NCBI GenBank assembly: GCA_020632515.1
Contig: JACKFK010000004.1
Coordinates: 192,068 to 256,067 of the forward strand
From: Candidatus Omnitrophota bacterium
GTDB taxonomy: Bacteria; Omnitrophota; Gorgyraeia; Zapsychrales; Zapsychraceae
DNA: 64,000 nucleotides
Reading direction: 5' to 3'
Shown here: one piece after another, positions 28,078 to 36,737 of the stretch
Layout: each line of letters opens with the position of its first letter
Position numbering within the stretch: position 1 is the stretch's first letter
Translations under genes and position numbers: made by a program
Notes under the pieces: model-generated
Told to the model about the DNA's origin: nothing
Databases searched by the model: none
What the model saw: only the letters and a program-made list of their open reading frames with translations

Positions 28078-28677
28078 ATGAACGAAAACATTATCCCTCA
28101 TGAAGCAATTATTAAAAAACAAGACCGCTGGAGACTGAATCAGCATAAATCTGTTATCCTTTGGTTTACCGGGTTATCCGGATCCGGAAAATCCACCTTA
28201 TCGCATAAGTTAGAAGCAGCTTTGTATGAACGCGGTGTACGCACGTATGTTCTTGACGGCGATAATGTCCGTAAGGGCATGAATAAAGATTTAGGGTTTG
28301 CCCCGGAAGACCGCAAAGAAAATATCCGTCGTATCGGCGAGATGACCAAGCTTTTTATGGACTGCGGCATCATTATGATGACGGCGTTTATTTCTCCTTA
28401 CCGTGAAGACCGGGCCATGGTGCGTTCGTTGGTGGAGAAGAGTGAATTTGTGGAAGTTTATATGAAATGTTCCGTGGATGTTTGCGAGCGTCGTGATGTC
28501 AAAGGTCTTTACAAAAAAGCCCGTGCCGGTGAGATTAAGAATTTTACCGGAATCAGCGCGCCTTACGAAGAACCGCAAAATCCGGAAATTGTCATCGAAT
28601 CCGATGCAATGACCCTGGACGAAAGCGTTGCAAAGATCGTTCAGTATTTGGAAGAAAAAGGGTGCTTGAAGTGCTAA
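28078..28677 (+). CDS. cysC: adenylylsulfate (APS) kinase
   Basis: VILWFTGLSGSGKSTLS P-loop and YVLDGDNVRKGMNKDLGFAPEDRKENIRRIGE. Confidence 0.95.
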   Translation: MNENIIPHEAIIKKQDRWRLNQHKSVILWFTGLSGSGKSTLSHKLEAALYERGVRTYVLDGDNVRKGMNKDLGFAPEDRKENIRRIGEMTKLFMDCGIIMMTAFISPYREDRAMVRSLVEKSEFVEVYMKCSVDVCERRDVKGLYKKARAGEIKNFTGISAPYEEPQNPEIVIESDAMTLDESVAKIVQYLEEKGCLKC

Positions 28678-28888
28678 GTGATAAGTGGTAAGTGGTAAGT
28701 GGTAAGTCTGAAACAAGTCACAAAGTCGCAAAGTCACAAGGTCACAAGGTCATCGTGTCAGCTATCAGCTTTCAGCGATCAGAAAAAAATATACTCTCCG
28801 GCCGCCAGGAGTCAGTGCTGTTGAGCAGCAACCGATTCAACTTCGTAAGTTGAACTAGGTTTGCTTTGATAAAATAAAGAAATTAATA
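28678..28888 (+). repeat. intergenic repeat mosaic S5
   Basis: The heptamer array GTGCTAA GTGATAA GTGGTAA x3 (28671-28705) includes the cysC stop. Then four 8-mers (28717-28748), CAGNNNT heptamers, a degenerate CCAGGAG hairpin and the CGATTCAACTT hairpin. Confidence 0.9.
28830..28862 (+). repeat. 33-nt hairpin motif, copy 1
   Basis: AACCGATTCAACTTCGTAAGTTGAACTAGGTTT (stem TCAACTT/AAGTTGA). Confidence 0.85.
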
Positions 28889-29188
28889 ATGTCAATACGT
28901 TTGGAAAGTTTAAAACAATTAAAGGATTTAATTTTATTGAATTTAAAAGATGAGTCGATAAAAGTTTTTCTGTTTGGATCCAGCGCCCGAGAAGATTATG
29001 AAAATGGTTCGGATATTGATATTGGATTATTACCCAAAGAGTCGGTGAATGAAAATATAATAACAATTCTTAAAGAAAAAATTGAACATTTAAATATTCC
29101 TTACAAAGTTGAACTTGTTAATTTTAGGGAAACAAGTGAAGAGTTTGTTAATGATGCGATGAAAGACGCGGTGATATGGAAAGATTAA
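28889..29188 (+). CDS. mntA: minimal nucleotidyltransferase (MNT-type antitoxin)
   Basis: NTase motif LFGSSAREDYENGSDIDIGLL. Overlaps the downstream HEPN gene. Confidence 0.8.
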   Translation: MSIRLESLKQLKDLILLNLKDESIKVFLFGSSAREDYENGSDIDIGLLPKESVNENIITILKEKIEHLNIPYKVELVNFRETSEEFVNDAMKDAVIWKD

Positions 29189-29556
29189 GATTAAAACATC
29201 AAGATGCGGTAAAGGCTTTGTCTACGTTTACCGAGATTTTGGGAGAACCTTATTCCGTTATTATCCGTGATGCTAGTATTCAACGCTTTGAATATACCTT
29301 TGAAGCTTTTTGGAAATATTTTAAAGAATATTTAAAAATCAAAGAAGGGATTATGGCGGCTTCTCCTAAAGCAGTGTTTCGCGAGTTGCTGGCAATCCAA
29401 TTCGTTACAGAAGAACAGGCTGTCGCATTATTAGAGATGACTGACCGGCGTAATGACACGGTCCATACTTATAAAGAAGCTGTGGCGAAGATTATTTACG
29501 AAAAGTTACAAGGTTATTGCCAACTCATGAGAGGTGTTTTAAATATTGGTTGTTAA
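29176..29556 (+). CDS. hepT: HEPN-domain protein (HI0074-family NTase substrate-binding protein; HepT-type toxin)
   Basis: Rx4H motif RRNDTVH. Size and pairing with MNT fit the family. Confidence 0.75.
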   Translation: MERLRLKHQDAVKALSTFTEILGEPYSVIIRDASIQRFEYTFEAFWKYFKEYLKIKEGIMAASPKAVFRELLAIQFVTEEQAVALLEMTDRRNDTVHTYKEAVAKIIYEKLQGYCQLMRGVLNIGC

Positions 29557-29771
29557 GTTGCTCGTTGCTAGAAAAAGTCACAAGGTCACAAAGTCACAAA
29601 GTCACAAGGTCATAAAGCTTCCGTTTTCTTTTTTTCTGGTCACCAGCGACTGGAGACTGGAGACTGATACACGGTGGCTTGGTGACACAAGTTTCAGATT
29701 TGAGTTGTTTTGACGTTGTGACTTTTACACGATGACTTGGTGACTATTAGCTATCAGTCATCAGCATTCAG
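29557..29771 (+). repeat. intergenic repeat mosaic S6a (left of IS copy 2)
   Basis: TAAGTTGCT(CGTTGCT)AGAAAAA, five 8-mers (29577-29616), the AAGCTTCCG...GGTCACCAGCGACTGGAGAC module, one GTGAC-box unit and heptamers. Confidence 0.9.
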
Positions 29772-29856
29772 TTAAAATGAATAATTGTGTCCTCCCATCC
29801 TAGGAGTTAACCTAGGATGAGAAAGAATAATAACCCAAAAAAGGAGGACACAAGTT

Positions 29857-30888
29857 ATGATAACAATCGGCGTTGATTTTCACAAGCAAACATCAAGTTA
29901 CCATGTTTTAGATGAAAACGGAAAATTTCTTAAACGTTGTAAACTAAAAAATAATGAAGAAAATATCCGTAAATTTATTCAAAGTTTTCAAGGCCCAAAA
30001 CAAGTCGCTATGGAAGCCACTCGTAATTGGGGAATATTTTTCGAATGTATCAAAGATTTAGTTGACGATTTTCAATTAGGACATCCTAAGAAAATGAAAG
30101 CCATAACAGACTCTGAAACAAAGAACGACAAGCATGACGCTCAAATGATTGCCAAACTAACTTACAGTAAGTTTTTACCTAAGGCTCATGTAAGTCATTT
30201 AGACAATCGCCAATTACGAAGCCTTTTACGCTATCGTCATTTTCTTGTTAAGCAACGCCGCGCGATTCGTCAACAAGTTCAAACGTTAATTGATCGTAAT
30301 CTCTGGCCGTGTGATCGTCCCAAAGCGTTCAAAGATATCTTTTGTAAAAAAGGCATTCAATGGTTAAAAAGCATTACATTACATGAAAGAGAACGATTCA
30401 TTCTCGATCAAGCATTAGAATCTTTTGAAGACTTAAGTCGGCGCATTCTTCAAATCGAAGATTACGTTAATCAACAAACAGCTGAACTTAAAGGCTTAGA
30501 ATATTTACGAACAACGCCCGGCTTTAAAACAAGCCGTGTTAACGCCTATATTGTCTTATTAGAAACCGATGACATTCATCGTTTTCGTAAAGCGAACGGC
30601 TTTGCTCATTACGCCGGCTTAGTTCCACGTGAACATTCTTCAGGTTCAAAACAACGTCACGGCCGATTAGTTAAAAATGCTAATATGCATTTAAGAACCG
30701 CTTTTATTGAATCAACTTTAGCCGCTATTCGTTTAGACAAAGGTCTTAAAAGTTATTACAAGAAAGTTAAAAAATCCAGCGGATCTGGCTCCGCCATCAT
30801 TGCCTGTGCCCGTAAATTATCTTATGCTGTTTATCATGTTTTAAAAGATCAACGCCCTTATCGGGCTGAATCACCTGTAGCCGCCTGA
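29857..30888 (+). CDS. IS110-family transposase (identical 343-aa product)
   Basis: Same translation as 26569..27600. Confidence 0.92.
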   Translation: MITIGVDFHKQTSSYHVLDENGKFLKRCKLKNNEENIRKFIQSFQGPKQVAMEATRNWGIFFECIKDLVDDFQLGHPKKMKAITDSETKNDKHDAQMIAKLTYSKFLPKAHVSHLDNRQLRSLLRYRHFLVKQRRAIRQQVQTLIDRNLWPCDRPKAFKDIFCKKGIQWLKSITLHERERFILDQALESFEDLSRRILQIEDYVNQQTAELKGLEYLRTTPGFKTSRVNAYIVLLETDDIHRFRKANGFAHYAGLVPREHSSGSKQRHGRLVKNANMHLRTAFIESTLAAIRLDKGLKSYYKKVKKSSGSGSAIIACARKLSYAVYHVLKDQRPYRAESPVAA

Positions 30889-31068
30889 TAGCTGCCGCCT
30901 GTTTGCTTTTGCAATCGAGGTCTCTCTCAGTTTCGCGGTACTTGGTGATCAATTTTATTTTGAGTGTCTTTTTGACGACTCCAATACTAGCTTATTCACA
31001 TTTTTTTGTAGTGACTTTGCGTTCTTTAAACATTTTTTTCGAACTATTGACACAATTATTCATACTAG
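30889..31068 (+). ncRNA. candidate transposon-encoded guide RNA region, copy 2
   Basis: Identical to 27601-27780. Confidence 0.35.
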
Positions 31069-31302
31069 CTATCAGAAAGTATAGTCTCCTGTCGCCAGGA
31101 GACAGTGACCAGTACTGGTTGCTGGAAACTTGAGACTAGCGACTGATACCAACAACTGACACGGTGACATTGTGACAAGAGTTTCAGATATGCGCTGATG
31201 TGACGTTGTGACTTTTACACGGTGACTTTGTGACACAAGTTTCAGATTTGGGTTGTTGTGACATTGTGACTTGTCGATAGCTAAGAACCGGATAACGGAC
31301 TT
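31069..31302 (+). repeat. intergenic repeat mosaic S6b
   Basis: Heptamer remainder, hairpin GTCTCCTGTCGCCAGGAGAC, CCAGTACTGG, two tandem GTGAC-box units and CGATAGCTAAGAACCGGATAAC. Confidence 0.9.
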
Positions 31303-32103
31303 ATGAACGAACTTTTAAAAGTTATTAAAACCGCGGTCAAGGCGGGTGCGGCGACAATGGAAATCTACACAACAGATTTTGCTGTTGAGTACAAAGACGA
31401 CCAATCACCGCTGACGCTGGCCGATAAAAAATCGCATGAAATTATTGTCGCTGGATTGCAAAGTCTGGATCTGGCTGCGCCGATTTTAAGTGAAGAAGGC
31501 CGCAGTATTACCTATGATGAGCGCCGGCAGTGGGATTGTTTCTGGTGTGTTGATCCGCTGGACGGGACCAAAGAATTTGTGAATAAGCGCGATGAATTTA
31601 CTGTCAACATCGCTTTTATCGACGGACAGAAACCGATTCTTGGGGTTATCTATGTCCCGGCGAAAAAAATACTTTATTTTGCCGGCAAAGGGATTGGCGT
31701 TTATAAATGCGATCATTTAGATCAGTTAAATGAGATGGAAAGCCTGGATCAGCTTTTTTCAGTTTCACAAACATTACCAAATTGTGAAAACAATCGTCCG
31801 TACACGGTGGTGGCGAGTAAATCCCACATGAATCAGGCAACGGAAGAGTTTATTGATGAATTGAAAAAAAAGACAGAAGACTTGGAATTAATCAGCGCCG
31901 GCAGTTCGCTGAAGTTTTGTTTAGTGGCCGAGGGAAAAGCTGATTGTTACCCGCGTTTTGGCCCGACTTGTGAATGGGACACCGCAGCCGGCCAGGCCAT
32001 TTGCCAGGAAGCAGGTTTTGATGTTGTGGATCATACAAACGGCGGTACATTGAAATATAATAAGGAAGACTTGCTTAATCCGTCATTTTTGGTGATGAGA
32101 TAA
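31303..32103 (+). CDS. cysQ: 3'(2'),5'-bisphosphate nucleotidase
   Basis: ILSEEG and WCVDPLDGTKEF inositol-monophosphatase-family motifs, plus C-terminal WDTAAGQAI. Confidence 0.9.
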   Translation: MNELLKVIKTAVKAGAATMEIYTTDFAVEYKDDQSPLTLADKKSHEIIVAGLQSLDLAAPILSEEGRSITYDERRQWDCFWCVDPLDGTKEFVNKRDEFTVNIAFIDGQKPILGVIYVPAKKILYFAGKGIGVYKCDHLDQLNEMESLDQLFSVSQTLPNCENNRPYTVVASKSHMNQATEEFIDELKKKTEDLELISAGSSLKFCLVAEGKADCYPRFGPTCEWDTAAGQAICQEAGFDVVDHTNGGTLKYNKEDLLNPSFLVMR

Positions 32104-32326
32104 GTGCTGTTGTAGCGATCAGCCATCAAATGTCACAAGGTCACAAGGTCACAAAGTCGCAAAGTCGCAAAGTCGCAAAGTCGCAAAGTCACAAAGTCGC
32201 AAAGATACCAAGTCACAATGTCACAAAGTCATAAAGCTTCCGTTTTCTTTTTTTCTGGTCACCAGCGACTGGAGACTGATACACGGTGACATTGTGACTT
32301 TCTGAAAGCTGTCAACCGACACAACC
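32104..32326 (+). repeat. intergenic repeat mosaic S7 with longest octamer array
   Basis: Thirteen phased 8-mers occupy 32132-32235 (GTCACAAG x2, GTCACAAA, GTCGCAAA x4, ...). Then the AAGCTTCCG...GGTCACCAGCGACTGGAGAC module. Confidence 0.92.
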
Positions 32327-32355
32327 TTGACAATGTGGATATATGGTATTATAGT
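32327..32355 (+). promoter_or_regulatory. sigma70-type promoter of AAA+ ATPase 1
   Basis: TTGACA-17 nt-TATAGT. The GTG at 32335 used by the ORF track lies inside the spacer. Confidence 0.65.
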
Positions 32356-32391
32356 TATACTGCAAATGATATATATGAAATTATGGTAAAC

Positions 32392-33696
32392 ATGATTATT
32401 CAACGTGATATTATACACAAAATTAAACCTTTTTTAGAGCGCAGGGAATGTTTAGCCCTTATCGGCCCGCGGCAGACAGGAAAAACTACTCTTTTACAGC
32501 TAATTACAGACTATTTATATAAAGAAAAAAATGTTGATAAGGAATTGGTAAAGAGGATCAGTTTTGAAGACCGGAAACTGTTGTTTCAATTTGAAAAAGA
32601 TCCTTGTGAATTTGTTAGATCTTATTGGCCGGGGGCTGCCAAGCAAACGTTTTACTTTATGATTGATGAGTTTCAATACGCCAGCGAAGGTGGACAAAAG
32701 TTAAAACTGATTTATGACACCTTTACCAATCTTAAGCTATTGATTACAGGATCATCATCTCTGGATCTGCGGGCGCAGGTGGGAAAATATATGGTAGGAC
32801 GGATATTGAGTTTTTATATTTATCCGTTTAATTTTCATGAAATCTTAAAAACGAGGTCTTCTCGTTTAGAACGCGCTTACGCACGGCAAAACAAACAAAT
32901 TAAAAATTGGCTCTTTGAAAATCAACCCCTGGATTTGAAAAAAGGTGATGATTTGTTACACGAGGAAATGACAAAAGCCTTTGAAGATTACTGTGTTTGG
33001 GGCGGGTACCCGCAAATTGTCCTTACAGAAGATATTGAACAAAGAAAGAAAGTTTTAAATGATCTTTATAACAATTATCTTTTAAAAGACATTAAAACAT
33101 CATTAGAGTTGGCCACAGAAAAAGAGCTTTATAAACTTTCGCAATATATCGCGACACAGGTAGGACAGATTACGGTTTATCAGAATTTATCTCAGGCCTC
33201 AGGGCTTGAGTACCGGACTTTAAAAAAGCATTTATCGATTTTAGAAGAAACATTTATTATTAAAAGTGTAACGCCGTTTTTCAGAAATAAACAGAAAGAG
33301 CTGTCGCGGAATCCTAAAATATTTTTCTTGGATATGGGGTTTCGCAACGCGCTTATCGACGATATCAATGATCTGGAAAAAAGGCCCGATGCCGGGAACA
33401 TGGTGGAAAATACGGTATATGTACAGCTTTTAAAAAACTTTATACAGGCTGATAAATTAAATTTTTACCGGACTAAAATGGGCTCAGAAATTGATTTTAT
33501 CACATGGAATAACCACGCCATTATTCCAATGGAAGTTAAATATAAAGTTTTTAAACAAGAGCAGATTTCTAAAGGATTTCGTAGTTTTATTGAGCAGTTT
33601 AAGCCGGAGAAGGCCATTGTTTGGACAAAGAACTTCTGGGGGATGCTCGAAGAAAATGGAACGCAGATTTTGTTTGCACCGGGGTATTATTGTTAA
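32392..33696 (+). CDS. AAA+ ATPase, COG1373 type (AAA_14 + DUF4143), paralog 1
   Basis: Walker A GPRQTGKTTLLQ and Walker B FYFMIDEFQY. The start was moved to ATG 32392 (32383 is also possible) because of the upstream promoter. Confidence 0.8.
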   Translation: MIIQRDIIHKIKPFLERRECLALIGPRQTGKTTLLQLITDYLYKEKNVDKELVKRISFEDRKLLFQFEKDPCEFVRSYWPGAAKQTFYFMIDEFQYASEGGQKLKLIYDTFTNLKLLITGSSSLDLRAQVGKYMVGRILSFYIYPFNFHEILKTRSSRLERAYARQNKQIKNWLFENQPLDLKKGDDLLHEEMTKAFEDYCVWGGYPQIVLTEDIEQRKKVLNDLYNNYLLKDIKTSLELATEKELYKLSQYIATQVGQITVYQNLSQASGLEYRTLKKHLSILEETFIIKSVTPFFRNKQKELSRNPKIFFLDMGFRNALIDDINDLEKRPDAGNMVENTVYVQLLKNFIQADKLNFYRTKMGSEIDFITWNNHAIIPMEVKYKVFKQEQISKGFRSFIEQFKPEKAIVWTKNFWGMLEENGTQILFAPGYYC

Positions 33697-34078
33697 GTTG
33701 CTAGAAAAGATCGCAAAGTGACCTTGTGACTTTCTGAAAGTTGACGACTGAAAGTGAAAGCTAAGAGTCGGACAACTGACACGGTGCCATTGTGACAAAA
33801 GTTTCAGATTTGAGTTGTTTTGACGCTGTGGCTTTTACACGGTGACTTTGTGACACAAGTTTCAGATTTGGGTTGTTGTGACATTGTGACTTGTCGATAG
33901 CTAAGAACCGGATAACTGACACGGTGCCATTGTGACAAGAGTTTCAGATTTGAGCTGTTGTGACCTTGTGACTTGTTGACAGCTGACATCTGAATTGATT
34001 AAAACCGTAAACAAACCTCCGAGGTTTGTTTGTGGTTAAGAACCGGATAACTGACAATTCGACATTTCAGATTGTTAT
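33697..34078 (+). repeat. intergenic repeat mosaic S8
   Basis: TAAGTTGCTAGAAAA at the stop and inverse heptamers. Three 58-nt GTGAC-box units at 33779-33836, 33837-33894 and 33919-33976. The 31-nt palindrome is also present. Confidence 0.92.
34005..34035 (+). repeat. 31-nt palindromic hairpin element, copy b
   Basis: CCGTAAACAAACCTC-C-GAGGTTTGTTTGTGG. The two non-Watson-Crick positions are G.U-compatible on the + strand only. Confidence 0.85.
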
Positions 34079-34107
34079 TTGACAAAATGACTATCATACT
34101 GTATAAT
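34079..34107 (+). promoter_or_regulatory. consensus sigma70-type promoter of AAA+ ATPase 2
   Basis: TTGACA-17 nt-TATAAT, both hexamers perfect. Confidence 0.75.
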
Positions 34108-34150
34108 TACTTTATAAAATGATATTATTTATTGAGGATAAGGGGCAGAA

Positions 34151-35350
34151 ATGATTGATTTTAAGGCCATCTTTGAATATGACCGTTTAGCCAAAGAAGA
34201 AGGAAAGAAATATCAGAAACGACGATTTTTTTATAATGAAATCGTGCAAACGCAGGGAAAACATTTCACTGGTATTCTGGGTGCCCGCGGAGTAGGTAAA
34301 ACAATTTTATTAAAACAGCTGGCTTGTGAACAGCCGCAGTCACTTTATGTTTCTCTGGATGCGGTTGATGTTGATCTTTTTGAACTGGCTAAGAAAGCCA
34401 AAGAAGAGTTTAAGATTCAATCGCTGTTGCTGGATGAGGTGCACTTTCATCCGCGATTCCAGGAAAATCTGAAGAAAATTTATGATTTTTTGGATATTCA
34501 AGTAATTTTTACCAGCTCTATTGCCTTAGCGTTAATTGAATCGCAATATGATCTTTCACGAAGGGTTTTGTTAAAGAAGTTATATCCGTTTTCATTTCGT
34601 GAATATCTTTATTTTAAATATGACGTGGAATTTCCTTCGCTGACATTTGATCAGATTATTCAAAAGGAAGTAGATTCAAAATTCTTTTCCTACAGTCAGA
34701 ATTTTAGTGATTATCTGCAAGGAGGTATTTTCCCTTTTGCCATTGAAGAACCGTTTGTTTTGGATTTGCTTAAGAATGTGGCTGCTAAAGTTATTCGTAA
34801 AGATATTCCCCGCGTCACTGATATCAGTGTATCGGAAATTGAAATTATCGAAAAAGTGCTTCAGTTTATCGGAACATCCGGGATTGATGGAATTAATTAT
34901 TCATCGATCTCACAGAACTGCGGCATTACTAAATATAAAGCGCAGCAATATGTCGAGTTGTTAGAAAAAGCGTTTATTATTCATCAGATTTTTCCTAAAG
35001 GAACAAATGTGCTGAAAGAGCCGAAGATTTTAATGGCTGTTCCCTATCGCTTGCTTTACACGGATTTTCAAAGGGCTTTAGGAGGATTAAGAGAAGATTT
35101 TCTTGTGGAAATGATGCGTTCTTTGGGGAAAGAAATTTATTATTTGAAATCAACCCGCGGCCAAAAAACACCGGATTATTTGTTAACACATCAACAGAAG
35201 AATGTTGTTGTTGAAGTCGGGGGAAAAGGAAAAGGCCGACAGCAGTTTAAAGGGATTGTGCCTGACCAGAAAATCATCGCTGCCGACGCGGTAACATTTG
35301 ATGAATTGCGCCGTCCGTTATTTTTGTTTGGATTTTTAAGTGATAAATAA
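34151..35350 (+). CDS. AAA+ ATPase, COG1373 type, paralog 2
   Basis: Walker A GARGVGKTILLKQ, Walker B LLLDEVHF, and LYPFSFREYL as in the other paralogs. Confidence 0.75.
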   Translation: MIDFKAIFEYDRLAKEEGKKYQKRRFFYNEIVQTQGKHFTGILGARGVGKTILLKQLACEQPQSLYVSLDAVDVDLFELAKKAKEEFKIQSLLLDEVHFHPRFQENLKKIYDFLDIQVIFTSSIALALIESQYDLSRRVLLKKLYPFSFREYLYFKYDVEFPSLTFDQIIQKEVDSKFFSYSQNFSDYLQGGIFPFAIEEPFVLDLLKNVAAKVIRKDIPRVTDISVSEIEIIEKVLQFIGTSGIDGINYSSISQNCGITKYKAQQYVELLEKAFIIHQIFPKGTNVLKEPKILMAVPYRLLYTDFQRALGGLREDFLVEMMRSLGKEIYYLKSTRGQKTPDYLLTHQQKNVVVEVGGKGKGRQQFKGIVPDQKIIAADAVTFDELRRPLFLFGFLSDK

Positions 35351-35648
35351 GTCTCCTGTCGCCAGGAGACAGTGATCAGTAAGAAACAACCGATTCAACT
35401 TCGTAAGTTGAACTAGGTTTACTTGTGACTTTCTGAAATCTGACAGCTGAAAGCTAAGAACCGGATAACTGACACGGTGACATTGTGACAAGAGTTTCAG
35501 ATTTGAGTTGTTTTGACGTTGTGACTTTTACACGGTGACTTGGTGACACAAGTTTCAGATTTGAGCTGTTGTGACTTTTTGACAGCTACGCACCGGATAA
35601 CTGACACAGTGACATTGTGACTTTTGTACGAAACATGAAAGGATTTTT
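35351..35648 (+). repeat. intergenic repeat mosaic S9
   Basis: Hairpin GTCTCCTGTCGCCAGGAGAC (35351-35370), the 33-nt hairpin, inverse heptamers and two tandem GTGAC-box units, ending in GTGACATTGTGAC just before the gmd RBS. Confidence 0.9.
35388..35420 (+). repeat. 33-nt hairpin motif, copy 2
   Basis: AACCGATTCAACTTCGTAAGTTGAACTAGGTTT, identical to copy 1. Confidence 0.85.
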
Positions 35649-36737
35649 ATGACAAAAAAAGCGCTTATAACCGGCGTGACCGGACAAGATGGGGCTTATT
35701 TAGCAGAATTATTATTAGATAAAGGCTATGAGGTGCACGGCATCAAACGCCGCAGTTCATTATTTAACACGCACCGGATTGATCATCTTTATAGAGATTT
35801 ACACGAACGCGGGGTAAAGTTTAAACTTCATTACGGCGATATGACGGATTCCACCAATTTGATCCGCATTATTCAGGAAGTTCAGCCGGATGAGATTTAT
35901 AATTTAGCCGCGCAATCGCATGTTCAAGTTTCGTTCGAAACCCCGGAATACACCGCCAATGCCGACGCGCTGGGCACCTTGCGTGTTTTAGAGGCGATTC
36001 GTATTCTGAAACTGGAAAAGAAAACTAAAATTTATCAAGCGTCCACGTCGGAGCTTTACGGCAAGGTGCAAGAGATTCCTCAGCGGGAAACCACACCGTT
36101 TTATCCGCGCAGTCCCTATGGTGTGGCCAAACTCTACGCGTATTGGATCACGGTCAATTATCGCGAGGCATACGGTATGTTTGCTTGCAACGGAATTTTG
36201 TTCAACCACGAATCACCGATCCGTGGAGAAACCTTTGTTACGCGTAAAATCACCCGCGCGGCCAGCCGGATCAAATGCGGCTTGCAGCAAAAACTATATT
36301 TAGGAAATCTTGATGCCAAACGCGATTGGGGTCATGCTAAGGATTATGTGGAAGGCATGTGGCGTGTCTTGCAGCAAAAGCAGCCGGATGATTATGTATT
36401 GGCGACCGGCAAAACCCAGTCGGTGCGGGAGTTTGTGGAATTTGTTTTCACGGAGCTTGGCATCAGTATTAAGTGGAAGGGTAAAGGCATTCATGAAAAA
36501 GGCATTGATCAAGAAAGCGGCAAGAGTTTGATTGAAGTGGATAAAAAGTATTTTCGTCCGACGGAGGTGGATATCCTTTTAGGGGATGCGTCCAAGGCGC
36601 GCCGAAAATTAAAGTGGAAACCGAAATACACCATGCAGGAATTAGCTAAAGAAATGGTGGCCGCGGATTTGGCCGAGGCCGAAAAAGAAGCGCATCTGAA
36701 AGGAAAAGGCTATTCGGTGTTGGAGTTTAATGAATAA
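35649..36737 (+). CDS. gmd: GDP-mannose 4,6-dehydratase
   Basis: [35 protein letters not shown]...STSELYG...[10 protein letters not shown]. Confidence 0.95.
   Translation: MTKKALITGVTGQDGAYLAELLLDKGYEVHGIKRRSSLFNTHRIDHLYRDLHERGVKFKLHYGDMTDSTNLIRIIQEVQPDEIYNLAAQSHVQVSFETPEYTANADALGTLRVLEAIRILKLEKKTKIYQASTSELYGKVQEIPQRETTPFYPRSPYGVAKLYAYWITVNYREAYGMFACNGILFNHESPIRGETFVTRKITRAASRIKCGLQQKLYLGNLDAKRDWGHAKDYVEGMWRVLQQKQPDDYVLATGKTQSVREFVEFVFTELGISIKWKGKGIHEKGIDQESGKSLIEVDKKYFRPTEVDILLGDASKARRKLKWKPKYTMQELAKEMVAADLAEAEKEAHLKGKGYSVLEFNE

Larger units (their letters stand above)
29772..31068 (+). mobile_element. IS110-family insertion sequence, copy 2 (identical to copy 1 by eye)
   Basis: Offset is exactly 3288 bp from copy 1. 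It occupies the same position in the heptamer module. The flanks differ from copy 1 flanks at scattered positions (CAGCATTCAG vs CAGCCTTCAG; CAGGAGACAG vs CAGGATACAG). Confidence 0.9.

Noticed and set aside
28291-28737. Long antisense ORFs: 28291..28737(-) 148 aa opposite cysC, 49555..50067(-) 170 aa, 16767..17249(-) 160 aa, 1967..2347(-) 126 aa.
   Set aside because: Each is opposite a gene with strong family motifs on the + strand. Compositions are biased (Arg/Phe/Ile-rich) and no start context is visible.
26484-31068. Composite transposon mobilising cysC and mntA/hepT.
   Set aside because: IS110-family elements move as single units by site-specific recombination and are not known to form composite transposons. 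The flanks show two independent insertions into pre-existing repeat copies. Only the deletion-by-homologous-recombination consequence is retained as a finding.
32335-32391. GTG start at 32335 for AAA+ paralog 1 (ORF-track coordinates).
   Set aside because: The GTG lies inside the spacer of a TTGACA-17-TATAGT promoter (32327-32355). Homologous paralogs start at the position equivalent to ATG 32392 (MIIQRD... vs MIKRF...).
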